This document shows positions 51,399 through 61,610 of a stretch of DNA of 64,000 nt, in pieces. Under the pieces are notes generated by a model. The model saw only the letters and a list, made by a program, of their open reading frames with translations. It made no database searches and had not been told where the DNA came from. Position numbers and translations under genes: made by a program. The DNA is from Chrysomallon squamiferum. Taxonomy: Eukaryota > Animalia > Mollusca. Every line of letters begins with the position of its first letter. Within the stretch, counting starts at the first letter, position 1. Location of the stretch: positions 8,122,001-8,186,000 of the forward strand of contig CM022666.1 of assembly GCA_012295275.1 (NCBI GenBank). Reading direction: 5' to 3'.

Positions 51399-54300
51399 GT
51401 TATTATTATTATTATTATTATTAATATTATATTTTCAGATTTATGAAGCCACTGCTTACAAACTCACGGCCATCATTGATGGATACATTACCTAAATGTT
51501 GTCTACCTTTAACTAAGTTACTTACAACAGAAGAACAGCTTTCTCAAGTATTACACTAATTAATTAAAAATGAGAGGAAAACATTTTTGTTGTTAAATTT
51601 TTTGTTTTTGCTACCACTTCTGTTACAAGCTACTGCTGATACTACTACTACCACTAGTACTAATACTGTAACATTCTAGAGCTGTTACTTTTATTATAAT
51701 TATTACCACCATTATTAGTATTATTATTAATATTATTATTACTGTTATTATTACTGTTATTATCACTGTTGTTATTAGCCAGAGTAGTAATAGTATAATA
51801 AGAATTATTAGTATTATTATTATTATTATTATTATAACTTATTATTATTTTACCGTTACCATACATTATTATTATTAGTTATTATTGTTATTACTTCTAC
51901 TTCTACTACTACTATTATTATTACTGATATTTTCACTGTTGTTAGAAATTGTAGAATATTATAATAATAAGAATTATTATTACTATTATTATTATTATAT
52001 TTGTTATTATTATTATATCATTATTATCATCATCAGCATTATTATTATTTTTATTTTTATGATTATTATTATAATGATTATTGTTATTATTATTATTGTT
52101 ATTATGATTATTATTACATTATTATTATTATTATTATCATGATTATTATTATTACATTATTATTATTATGATTATGATAACATTATTATTATTATTATTG
52201 TTATTTTGATTACATTATTATTATTATTGTTATTATGATTATTGTTATTTTAGTTTTATTATTATTGTTATTATTGTTACTGTCGCAGGGTGAGATAAAG
52301 ACTGAGTCAGACTCTGACACTGACATGATCATTGACAACACACAGCTGTCAATTGGAGGCAGCAGTGACATCATCTCAACATCGGCGAACAACCACAGCG
52401 CCGACACCCAGCCCAAAACACCCACCGAGGTTTGTGTTTCTTTTTCTTTCTTTGTCTCTTTCATTCTTTCTTTCAGTCTTTTTATTGTTTTGTTGTTATT
52501 GTTGTTTAAATTAGAAAACTACATTTTTATTATTGAATTATTATATAACATGCATGTTGAAGGGACAGTGATTCAAAATTTATATATGTATATAATTATG
52601 TGTGTATGTATATTTAGGTATATTTATTTGCTGGCTACAAAGAAAACTATTATTTTGTTGCCATGTAGAATTACATGTATAATATTTGCTTTAGTCATAC
52701 TTATTTCATTTAAATGTTTACTTTTACATAGAAATCTGTAATTATTTGCAGTCCTTTTTCAGTGCAGATACAGTCTTTCATGCTTTATATATATTTTTAT
52801 CTGTGTGTGTGTGTAGGTGTGTGTGCGCATATTCATACATAGGTAACAACCTATATACATACATACAGATTTACAAAAACATAAACACACATACCTATGT
52901 ATACACATACAGAAACACATAAATACTTATCTAAAAAACAGAAATTGAATTATATTTCTTAAAAAATAATAATCAAATTCTGTGACAAACAAACAATGTA
53001 AAACTGTTATTCTTTTGATATATTCCTTCACAGGGCTTATAAAATATTACAAAAAAGTAACTTTTTTGTTATTCAGAACCTATTTATTTCCTCTTTGCGT
53101 AATTTGGTTCTACTGAGTAATGTATTATAAGATATTTTATTTTTTTTATTTTTTTAAATTATTTCATTTCTGTGTATTTTTGAAAAATATAATGTATTAT
53201 AAGATATTTTATTTTTTTTATTTTTTTAAATTTTTTCATTTCTGTGTATTTTTAAAAAATATTTTGCATCAAAAAAAAAAAAAGAAAGTAGAAACCTTCA
53301 TTGTGATAAACATGAAGAAACAGACTCAAAGAGGTTTTGAAACAAAAAATAATAATTAATTATTCCTTCAGGGTTTACATACATTATTTAAAGATTTAAA
53401 AAAAAAAAAAAATTAATTCATTAATTAATCCGTTTGAAGGTAAATTTAATTGAGAAGCTTTGCATTGGCTGTTGTAAACAAACGTTTGTTGTAGTTTAAT
53501 TATCCCTTACTTCATTCATTACTTATTCGTTTTCTTCATTAATCATTTTATTTTATTTTTTGAATCAGATTTTCAGAAAACTGATTTACAATTTTTAACA
53601 TTTCTTCAATATTTAAAAATAAAAATTAATTTCACAATGTTTTATTAGTTTAAATAAAAATAAAAATACATTGTCTTTTTTCTTCTTTTTTCCTTTCAAA
53701 TCTAATTTTATATTTTATAGTTTTCTTATTTTTTTTACTTGAAACATTATTTTTGTTTCTTATTATTTAAATTATTTAATTATTATTAATTTTATTATTA
53801 TTACTTTTATTATTATTATTCTTATTATTACATTTATTATTATTCTTCTTATTATTATATCATTATCATCATCATCACCATCATCATCATTATTATTATT
53901 TTCTTTTTATGGATTATCATCATCATCATCATCATCGTCATCGTCGTCATCATCATTATTTTCCTTTTATGCATGAAACACGCCTGCCTGCCTGTCTTCA
54001 GTTTTCTTTCATTTTGTTTTGTTTCCTTCTTTTAATGTAGATTTCCATGGAGAGTACTCACAGTTACAGCAGTGATGAGCAACTACTCACTCCTTAGCAC
54101 TCACTCACTCTCTCTATCTTTGTTGTGGGTAATCGCGGTTTCTGTCAGAACCATTCCAGAACAAATTTTTTTTAACTCAGTCACTTGAGTCAAAAAAAAA
54201 AATATTAAAAACAAAATCATTTGCTGAAAGACTGTGGAACCCAGTGATAATGTGGTAAAGAAATAAATAAATATAAATAATAATAATAACAACAATAATA

Positions 54301-54712
54301 TATAAACAGTAAGAAAGTGTACCAATAATAATTAAGAAAACAATTTTTTAATATTTATTTATTATTTTACATAAATAAATATTTAAGAAAAAAAATGAAA
54401 GAGAAAAAATATAACTAATAAACATTACAAATGATGGCTGACATATTATTTGGTGTAATAACTGGCCTTCATAACTGCTGATTTCTCTTATTTGACTTCA
54501 CAATGTCAACAAACGCTAAAATAACAAATACATTTATGAAACATGAATAAAAATAAATAAAATTTAAAAACAGCTAAAGTAATAAAATTGTTGTATACAC
54601 ATATATATATGTGTATATAATGATAGAAAAATAATAATTATAATAATGATAATAATAATAATAATAAATAACAAAATAATGATATAAATCAATAATTAAA
54701 TAAATAAGTTGG

Positions 54713-54743
<31 letters not shown>

Positions 54744-56246
54744 CAACAACAATAATAATAAATATAATAAATGTGAATACAACTAAATAAACAATATTTT
54801 AAAATATTAGGTTACGGAAGTACATAGAAAATCTTTTCATAATGTTATTTAGAATTTAAAATGTTTAATTCAGTAAATGTGAGATAAAGAGCTATACGTG
54901 GGGTCAGAAAAGTAAACCAGACAAACACAAGAATTAGCACATCTAGCTACAAAAATATTAAAATGTTAATCAGAAAAAAAAAAAAAAAAAAAATTCAGTA
55001 AAGGCTTGCTACAAATAGTTGGGTTAAAAAAAAAAAAAAAAAAAACAAAGTCATAATTATCTGCTTACAAGAGAGTTCTTTTTTTAAAATATATTTTTAA
55101 AATTTAGACACTAAAAATTTAGTTTTAATTATATATATTTATATTTTAAATGTAGACATTAAATTATTAGTTTTAATAGTATTTTTATATTTGAAGGTTT
55201 TTGGTAAGCAGCAAGTCTATGCTTTGAAAATGATAGAGATTTAATGTTTTTTTTTATATAGGTGAGAAGAATTTTTAATTTTCGCCAGATAAGTTTTGTG
55301 ATTATTTATTTAATTATTGATATTTTTTATTTTTTTGTGGTGGTTGGGCTTTCATCTTGTAAAGTAAACATTCATCAGAATTCATATAATTGTTTGGGTT
55401 GGAAACTGGGTTCTGCAGTTGAAGCAAATGTGTTTTTTTTGTGTTCTGTGTTTTGTTTTACACTTTCCAAAATTTTGAAAATAGCTACTTATTTTTAAAA
55501 ATAATTTATTTATTATAATATTTTATTTTTATATTCATTTTCATTTGGTTAACACTTGGGTTTTAAATTTGATTTTGATAAAGGATGACCTTGTTTCATT
55601 TTGGGACTAAGCAATTGGGGTTGTCAGTATTAAATTTATTTTTTTAAATTTAATTTGATTTAATTTTAGTTATTTAAAGTTCCTAGGTTTTGGTTTACAT
55701 TTTATTAATTCTTACTAAAAACGAAATTATCAGCTTCTATTAATACAGACTAACTTAATTTATATTGAAATTATATTTCCATTAGCCCTTTCCACAGAAG
55801 ATTACAAATTCATGTCATTATAATAGTTTTTAAATGTTTTGTTAACAATATGTGAAAAGTAAATTTAAATTTGATAAATGTCCTTTGTTTAATGAGTAGG
55901 AGATATATAATCACAGCATTTTAAGATTAGGCCATATTGAAAATGTAGAAACATTTTGAAATACTCATCTTAATATTTTACTGAACTGCACATTCAGTGA
56001 TTCAGTATTTCAGTTTCAGTTTGGGTTACATCAAGGATGGTAGAACAAATACTCAACAGGAATTTATCAAATTTATTTATTTATTTATGTTAATTTTTTA
56101 TATTTTATTTTAAAATAGTTTTTAAAGGGTCTCTTTGCAGTAATCTTGCCATTTTTATTTATTTAATTTTAATTTTTTTTTTTTTTTCATAAAAGTGATG
56201 AGCTAGAAATTTAATTTAAATTTATCTATTTACTTACTTATTTAAG

Positions 56247-56286
<40 letters not shown>

Positions 56287-57160
56287 TATTTAATGTTCTG
56301 TTCATTCCATTTTTGTTTCTCTTTTGTTGTTATTTATTTGTTTATGAATATGAATATGTATAAATATACATAAACCTTTACTCTTTTACTGGCAACTTAG
56401 CACTTTATGCTGGCACAATTACAGTTAGGATTTTATTGACAAATGTGATTTGTTTAACACTTACATAACTGTCTATGTCTTGTCTGTTCACTGGAAGCTA
56501 CAGCGATCACTGAACTGTGTCTGAATGGTCAATGACTTTTCTAAACTTTTATGAATTTTTTTTTTTTACCTTTTTATTCATTTATTTATTTTTGTTTTCT
56601 CATTCTTCTTCTTCTTATTATTATTTTTTTTCTTTCTTCTTTCTCATACTTTTTCTTCCTATTTATTCTTTTATTAATTTTTTTTTATCTTCTTTCTTTC
56701 TTTCTTCCTTCCTTCCTCTTCTTTTTTCTTTCTTTCTTTATTAGTTTATTAAATGTTAATTTCAAAACAAAAAGGTCACAGGTTGTGGTATGTGCTGCTG
56801 TGTTTAATGTACTGGAGGTAATAATCTGTATTTTGTGTTTGTGTGAGAGAGAGACAGAGAGACGGAAAGACAAAGCATCATTAAAACAAATGTTCTGTCT
56901 GTATGTTTGTGTATGTGTGTGTTTCTGTTTTTACTTACAGCTGCTTTATATGCTCATTTTTACATTCAAATGTTGATTAATAATCTTTATTGTTTACTAC
57001 TAATAATTTACCACCTTAACTTCTGTGTATTTTTCCTAATAATTATGTAATTTCTTACCAGTTTCTTTTCATCATCATGTTGTTGTTGTTTTTATTTATT
57101 TTTTGTTTAAATAATAATACAAAAAAAAAATAAAAAAAAATAAAATAAAAAAAAATAATA

Positions 57161-57221
<61 letters not shown>

Positions 57222-60200
57222 TTAATACTAACAACAACCATGAGGTTATAAAATGTCCATCAAAATGATGATGTTAATGCTAATGTTAAAGATAAAAATG
57301 ATCCTGATGGTTATACATATAATAATAATAATAAATCAGAACAGTAAATAATTTAAAAAAAACATTCCTCTGCTTACCATATATTGAAAATAAATAACAA
57401 ATAAATGAAATAATAAATAAATAAATAGTAATATGCATTTCAGATTAATGGATGAGATTTAAATGATATTTTTATTTTTATTTATTCAACAAATGGGTGA
57501 ACATGTATGTGATTATGTATATTATTAAAAAAAAAAAACGTCAACTCTTTCTTCAGAAAATCTGGATCTGAAGTTCATGGTTTTATTTATTTTTTAAATC
57601 AGATGATTTGGTACTTACAGTATCTGTTTATTTTTAAACAGTTGCAAATTGTTCTATCTGTATTAACATTTTATTAAAAAAATTGTGCGTATAAGTGTGT
57701 GTGAGTGTGTTTGTGTGTGTTTTTGAGAGAGAGAGAGAGGAGACAGAAAGATGTATATGAATTTATAAACATATAATCTTTATATTCTTTATACAGTAAT
57801 GAAAATAAACTACTTTATATTTTGTTTTGACTTAGGACTTTTTCTTTTTCTTAAATTTTTTTTATTTTTGTTTTTGTTTCCCAAGTTACAATATTTCTTA
57901 ATGCCATCAATTGTTTCTTTGGTTACAACATTTATAGAACTGTTAATTATATTATAAACAACACCACCCACCCCACCAAGGACAGAAACCAAAACCTAAA
58001 AAAAAATAAACTGTAAAAACCGAGTTGAATACAGAATGAAAAACAAGTTGTAAATGTAAAATAAATAAAATGGCCAAAGTATTTTAAAATTATGTTGACA
58101 GTTTCTAAACTACAAGATTTCACAGTCAAAGTGGTTTCCTGTGAACAGAATCTTGCCAAATCAAATATCAGGACAGTTTCAAAATCCCTTCAGCTTTCTG
58201 CTAGAGATTTAATCTGTTAATAGTTTATTTTGGAGAAAACAAAAGAAGAATCTCTGTGTTTTTTTAACCATTTAGCAGTAAGGATTCTTTTATATCCACC
58301 TTCCCATAGACAGCAATGTAAAAGGTGTCTGTTTCAAGCATGTTTTTGCAGAAATAAAGACTCATACATTTCCTTACTACACTCTGCCAATACACTGTTA
58401 AACAGTTCTGTACTAAGCTAAACTGTTCACTGCACTACAGAACATTACAGTACACTGAGAGTATCAGAAATGAAACAATACAAAGTATGTTATACTAAAC
58501 CTGTACTGTACAACACTACACTGCATTGTACTACACTATGCTATACTACAGTATACTAAATGTACACTGTACAAACCTACTTTAATATACTGTACTATAC
58601 TGAACTGCACTATTCTATACTATACTTTGCTAAACAACACATACTATACTAAATTATACGACACTATTCTATACTGTACTTTGCTATAGTAAACAATATT
58701 ACACATACTATACTAAACCATACTACACTATTCTATACTGTACTTTGCTATAGTAAACAATATTACACATACTATACTAAACTATACTACACATACTATA
58801 CTAAACCATACTACACTATTCTATACTATACTTAGCTATACTATCAGAAATTCATCAAGCTTATTTTTGACATTATAAAATAGTGTTTTATTTAATATTG
58901 ATAGTTTAAGTGATATGTGCTTTTATAGTAGTAGTAGCAGCAGCAGCGATATTAATAGTAATTTACAAGTCTTAGTGTTACTAGTTTTGTATTTTTTTCA
59001 TTTCTGAATCTCATATCTTCTCTGCTGATGAATCCATACATTTGTTTGTTCATTGATTCATTCATCCATCCATCCATCCATCCATCCATCAGCTATTTAA
59101 TCATGTATTCATTTTTTTAAAAGATATATATATATATATCTTTTGAAGAGTAAATAATATACTACAAGTTAAAAATTTATCTTTAATGTTTCTTCTTTTT
59201 TCTTTCTTTCATTCTTTCTTTTCCCATCCTTCTTTCTTTCCTCCCCCCTACTAAAAACTAAAGCTCTTATCTTTAACTATAAAACAATTATTAATTTGTT
59301 ACTATGGTGTATATATACAGGCTGCATGTGCACACACATGCATGCACACATACAAGTGAGAAAAACAAGTAGTATCTGGAAAATTGTTTTCAATGGAAAA
59401 CAGCCTAAAGTCTGTTGATGTTGTAGTATTTTGTATAATAATGTCTTATAAAATTTTGTTGATAGTTTCATTTTATTTTCATTTTATTTAATATATGTTA
59501 GAAATCATGGACTTTGGTACACTATGGGGATTTTGATTGGAATAAGAAAAGGAAAAAAAAGCTAGAAATCATCTACCATAGTCCTTTTTTTAATACGATG
59601 GAATCACTGGAACAAGGAAAAAATTAAACATTACAGAAATGTTTAATAAAAGCAAAAAATCAAGTAAAATAGACTTGTTTGAAAGAAGAGAAAAACGTAA
59701 AAGTATTAGTGAAATGTTTTATAAAATGTTTTTGTTTTTCTTGTTTCTTTGATTGGTGGTGGGGGGGTTGTGCCTTTTTTGTGTTTTTGTTGTCTTTTTT
59801 TGCATTTTAAGTAAACAGACTTAAAATTGACTGGAGTATAGGTTGGAACAGAAGAAATGCTTAAAGTCCTGTAAAAATGTTTTATAAAATGTTTTTGTTT
59901 TTTTTGTTTCAGTATGAAGTTGACATTCATGCATGAGGTAGAATATAATAATTTTATTATTTTTTTATTTTTAAATTAACTTTAGGCATGTTGTATTTTT
60001 GGTTTTATTTTCTTGGCTGTTGGTGTGTGCTTCTTTTGGTTTTGGTTTTAAATTATTATTTTGTGTATTTCTTTCCTTTTTTTATAATTTCTGAAACTTT
60101 TGCACTGGTGTGTGTGTGTGTGTGTATGTGTGTGTGTGTGTGCGTGTTTATTTGCATGTCTTTTGAATCGAGTTGCACTAAAAAATAAAACAAAAATTAT

Positions 60201-61084
60201 TATAATTATCAGTAATAAATAAATAATAATAATAATACAGATAATTGGACATAATTCTAAATGGACAATTATTTACGGTTCTTTTTTAATGAATATTACA
60301 AAAAAAAAAAAAAAAAAAACTTTATTTTCAGTGGTCTTAAAATAATGTATTTATATAAACTTAAAATTCTGCACGACATTTTAATAATAACAATCTAAAA
60401 TAAATCTTCTTTGAATTTTATATCTTTCTTTTTATTGCATCAGCATCCAGTATTTGGTACAAGGAAATCTTTCATTTATAGACAGTGATATTCATAATCA
60501 GTCCTGAATTAAGATTTTGTAGATCACAGGATTAGAAGTACTGCAATGCTTTCTCTGATATTTTCAAACTGGGGAAGAGTTAAGGAAAATGAAATAACTT
60601 TTCAATTAATTTGTGAGGTCCATGAAATGCATACCTTAACAGTGCATATATCTCATTTAAAAATTTTTTTTATTTCTTTGTTAATTAGGTTTGTTTATAT
60701 ATTATGTATATATGTATGTATGTATGTATGTGTATGTGTGTATGTATGTGTATGTATATGTAGATACACACACATAATACATACATACATTATATATATA
60801 TATATATATATATTGATAGATAGATAGATAGAAAAATAGAGAGTCAGACAGACGTTTAATATATGTTAAATATGCTTTTTATAACATTTGTGTGAAAATT
60901 ATGTTTTTGTTTAAAGTAAATTTATATACTACACACACACACACACACACACGCACACATATATATTTATTTATTTATTAATTTGTTTCAGAAGGGAGAT
61001 GTGCGACCTGCAGACAGTTTTGGTAACAACACACCAATGAACATGAGGGTGAATTTAGCAGGATCTTCTGGAGATAAAGTGTGA
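22283..61084 (+). CDS. SLC9A6/7/9: Organellar/endosomal sodium(potassium)/hydrogen exchanger of the NHE6/7/9 clade (CPA1 family); spliced gene, ~660-690 aa depending on isoform
   Basis: Spliced translation contains [105 protein letters not shown] and AWL..KW..FD..FMKPLLT. All junctions are GT-AG and phase-consistent. Confidence 0.95.
24917..25134 (+). CDS. SLC9A6/7/9: NHE exon 2 (LIIGAIIRY...GALEET)
   Basis: tttccag acceptor; ACG|gtaatc donor, phase 0. Confidence 0.9.
25190..25405. repeat. Short tandem duplication (~110-130-bp unit containing tgtgaataactagata)
   Basis: Four occurrences of tgtgaataactagat with repeated flanks. Confidence 0.75.
25783..25860 (+). CDS. SLC9A6/7/9: NHE exon 3 ([26 protein letters not shown])
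   Basis: tttttcag acceptor; AGG|gtaagt donor. Confidence 0.93.
27942..28018 (+). CDS. SLC9A6/7/9: NHE exon 4 ([26 protein letters not shown])
   Basis: cttttag acceptor; GG|gtaagt donor, phase 2. Confidence 0.93.
28545..28639 (+). CDS. SLC9A6/7/9: NHE exon 5 ([31 protein letters not shown])
   Basis: tttttag acceptor; CAG|gtaacg donor, phase 1. Confidence 0.93.
29219..29324 (+). CDS. SLC9A6/7/9: NHE exon 6 ([35 protein letters not shown])
   Basis: Contains the CPA1 ion-binding ND motif; tttcag acceptor and GG|gtagat donor. Confidence 0.95.
29759..29897 (+). CDS. SLC9A6/7/9: NHE exon 7 (SVEKYG...GCFTAL)
   Basis: ttcaatag acceptor; CTG|gtattt donor, phase 0. Confidence 0.9.
30889..30994 (+). 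CDS. SLC9A6/7/9: NHE exon 8 ([35 protein letters not shown])
   Basis: ttttgtag acceptor; CAG|gtagat donor, phase 1. Confidence 0.93.
32018..32106 (+). CDS. SLC9A6/7/9: NHE exon 9 ([30 protein letters not shown])
   Basis: ttttcag acceptor; CAG|gtactt donor, phase 0. Confidence 0.93.
32623..32736 (+). CDS. SLC9A6/7/9: NHE exon 10 ([38 protein letters not shown])
   Basis: tttttcag acceptor; followed by the U12-type donor GTATCCTTT. Confidence 0.93.
32737..32974 (+). other. U12-type (minor spliceosome) GT-AG intron
   Basis: 5' splice site GTATCCTTT; branch site TCTTTAAC at 32956-32963, about 12 nt from the CAG; no long polypyrimidine tract; splicing here keeps the frame. Confidence 0.88.
32975..33086 (+). 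CDS. SLC9A6/7/9: NHE exon 11 ([37 protein letters not shown])
   Basis: Matches the family RA..IYPLS.LLN.GR....FQHMMMF.G segment; G|gtgagt donor, phase 1. Confidence 0.92.
33516..33669 (+). CDS. SLC9A6/7/9: NHE exon 12 ([15 protein letters not shown]...[10 protein letters not shown])
   Basis: GLRGA motif; gcgtag acceptor; AG|gtgtgt donor, phase 2. Confidence 0.93.
34503..34545 (+). CDS. SLC9A6/7/9: NHE exon 13 ([15 protein letters not shown])
   Basis: Strong polypyrimidine acceptor; VGVDE motif following the last TM helix; AGT|gtgagt donor, phase 0. Confidence 0.88.
35865..36070. repeat. ~39-bp tandem minisatellite (about 5 copies)
   Basis: Repeated gttttctaataaccaatttaag..aggcaaata. Confidence 0.85.
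36284..36600. repeat. ~30-bp tandem minisatellite that degenerates rightwards
   Basis: ttacttaccctcataaatactgacatcatg twice perfectly, then diverged copies. Confidence 0.8.
38624..38707 (+). CDS. SLC9A6/7/9: NHE exon 14, cytoplasmic tail ([28 protein letters not shown])
   Basis: Complex, GC-richer island within an AT-rich intron; ctag acceptor; TCG|gtttgt donor; 84 nt, phase 0-0, open frame. Confidence 0.72.
41140..43030. repeat. Near-perfect tandem duplication of a ~940-bp unit (two copies)
   Basis: Anchor gacagttt.aaggtaaaatgttgatacaaactgcc at ~41148 and ~42090. Copies differ almost only in microsatellite lengths. A diverged partial copy lies at ~40615-40750. Confidence 0.92.
43630..43890. 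repeat. Degenerate ~30-bp minisatellite (tcagttttagccagtt...gccaa)
   Basis: Repeated tcagttttaacc/agcc motifs at roughly 30-nt spacing. Confidence 0.65.
44025..44607. repeat. Pair of ~100-bp direct repeats (44025-44128 and 44501-44607)
   Basis: agccctgtattagaatgttatgcacagattagttt...gcggtttgcttaagtggaaatttttaacata...cccattcta at both positions. Confidence 0.85.
45045..45098 (+). CDS. SLC9A6/7/9: Candidate cassette exon of the NHE tail ([18 protein letters not shown])
   Basis: Branch site TGCTAAC at ~45009-45015, tttgcag acceptor, CAG|gtacta donor; 54 nt, phase 0-0, open frame. Confidence 0.6.
48873..49113. repeat. Long inverted repeat (foldback) inside an NHE intron
   Basis: aataaataataaaaatgtatttgcatgtataat+(AAT)n is the reverse complement of (ATT)n+attatacatgcaaatatatttttattatttatt, with one mismatch in the unique part. 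Confidence 0.8.
50886..50965 (+). CDS. SLC9A6/7/9: NHE exon 15 ([26 protein letters not shown])
   Basis: tttacag acceptor; AWL..W..FD motif; TT|gtaagt donor, phase 2. Confidence 0.9.
51439..51547 (+). CDS. SLC9A6/7/9: NHE exon 16 ([36 protein letters not shown])
   Basis: Matches the NHE6/7/9 KPLLT...P.L..TLP.CC.P....LT motif; ttttcag acceptor and CAA|gtatta donor. Confidence 0.9.
52289..52429 (+). CDS. SLC9A6/7/9: NHE exon 17 ([24 protein letters not shown]...KTPTE)
   Basis: DSD.D.I......L..G acidic motif of the clade; tcgcag acceptor and GAG|gtttgt donor, phase 0. Confidence 0.88.
53118..53262. repeat. ~72-bp tandem duplication (two copies)
   Basis: taatgtattataagatattttattttttt...catttctgtgtatttt twice. 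Confidence 0.85.
54041..54097 (+). CDS. SLC9A6/7/9: Proximal alternative terminal exon of NHE ([18 protein letters not shown])
   Basis: Long polypyrimidine tract ending in tgtag; phase-0 open frame to TAG; multiple AATAAA downstream from ~54262. Confidence 0.65.
   Translation: MSMESTHSYSSDEQLLTP
58480..58845. repeat. Compound minisatellite built from (ACTAT/ACTGT)-like pentamers with a higher-order ~64-bp repeat
   Basis: acacatactatactaaaccatactacactattctatactgtactttgctatagtaaacaatatt repeated. Confidence 0.8.
60992..61084 (+). CDS. SLC9A6/7/9: Distal terminal exon of NHE ([30 protein letters not shown])
   Basis: tgtttcag acceptor; phase-0 open frame of 30 codons plus TGA; complex sequence followed by a UTR-like region with AATAAA at 62247. 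Confidence 0.72.
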   Translation, partial: KGDVRPADSFGNNTPMNMRVNLAGSSGDKV

Positions 61085-61204
61085 AGCACAGCAAAGAACC
61101 ATAACCCTGATTTTTAACTTAACGTTTTTGGCACAAAACAGCTGAAATAATGTAAACACCAGTGACCTGTATCAACTTACCACACCTCCTGAGTCAAGTC
61201 TTAA

Positions 61205-61610
61205 TGTGTTTCAAGAGATCTCATTGGCTTATTTGATGTCATGCTTTCTAAATGCTTTCAAAGAAGTGTTCTGATTGGCTGAATCGACATAATCCTTTCT
61301 AAACTACTGTAAATGTTTTGAAAGAAATGTTATGATTGGTTGATGAGATATAATGCTTTCTAAACTAAGGAGCAGAATGTTTTTGAAAGGTAAGTTTTAA
61401 TTGGTAGGTTTTGATGTGATATTTTCTAAACTATATGACTGAAATGGCTTGAAAAGAATGATCTGATTGGCTGATTTCATGTGATAGTTTCTAAATGCCT
61501 CAGCTGAAAATGTTTACACAGAAATGTTCTGACTGACTGATTTGTTATCTTCTAAAGGAAGGAGCCAAATAATTTCATTGGTTGGTTTGTTGTAGTACTT
61601 TCCAAACAAC
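61205..61610. repeat. Degenerate ~60-bp tandem repeat in the probable 3' UTR
   Basis: About 7 units of aatgttctgATTGGytga....tgatrsttTCTAAA. Confidence 0.75.

Noticed and set aside
59913-59937. 25-nt micro-exon candidate (tttcag|YEVDIHA*|gtagaa)
   Set aside because: Contains an in-frame stop and is short enough to arise by chance; it cannot be supported without transcripts.
61001-61015. VRPAD pentapeptide present in both the N-terminus and the distal last exon
   Set aside because: Only five residues with different codons; most likely coincidence.
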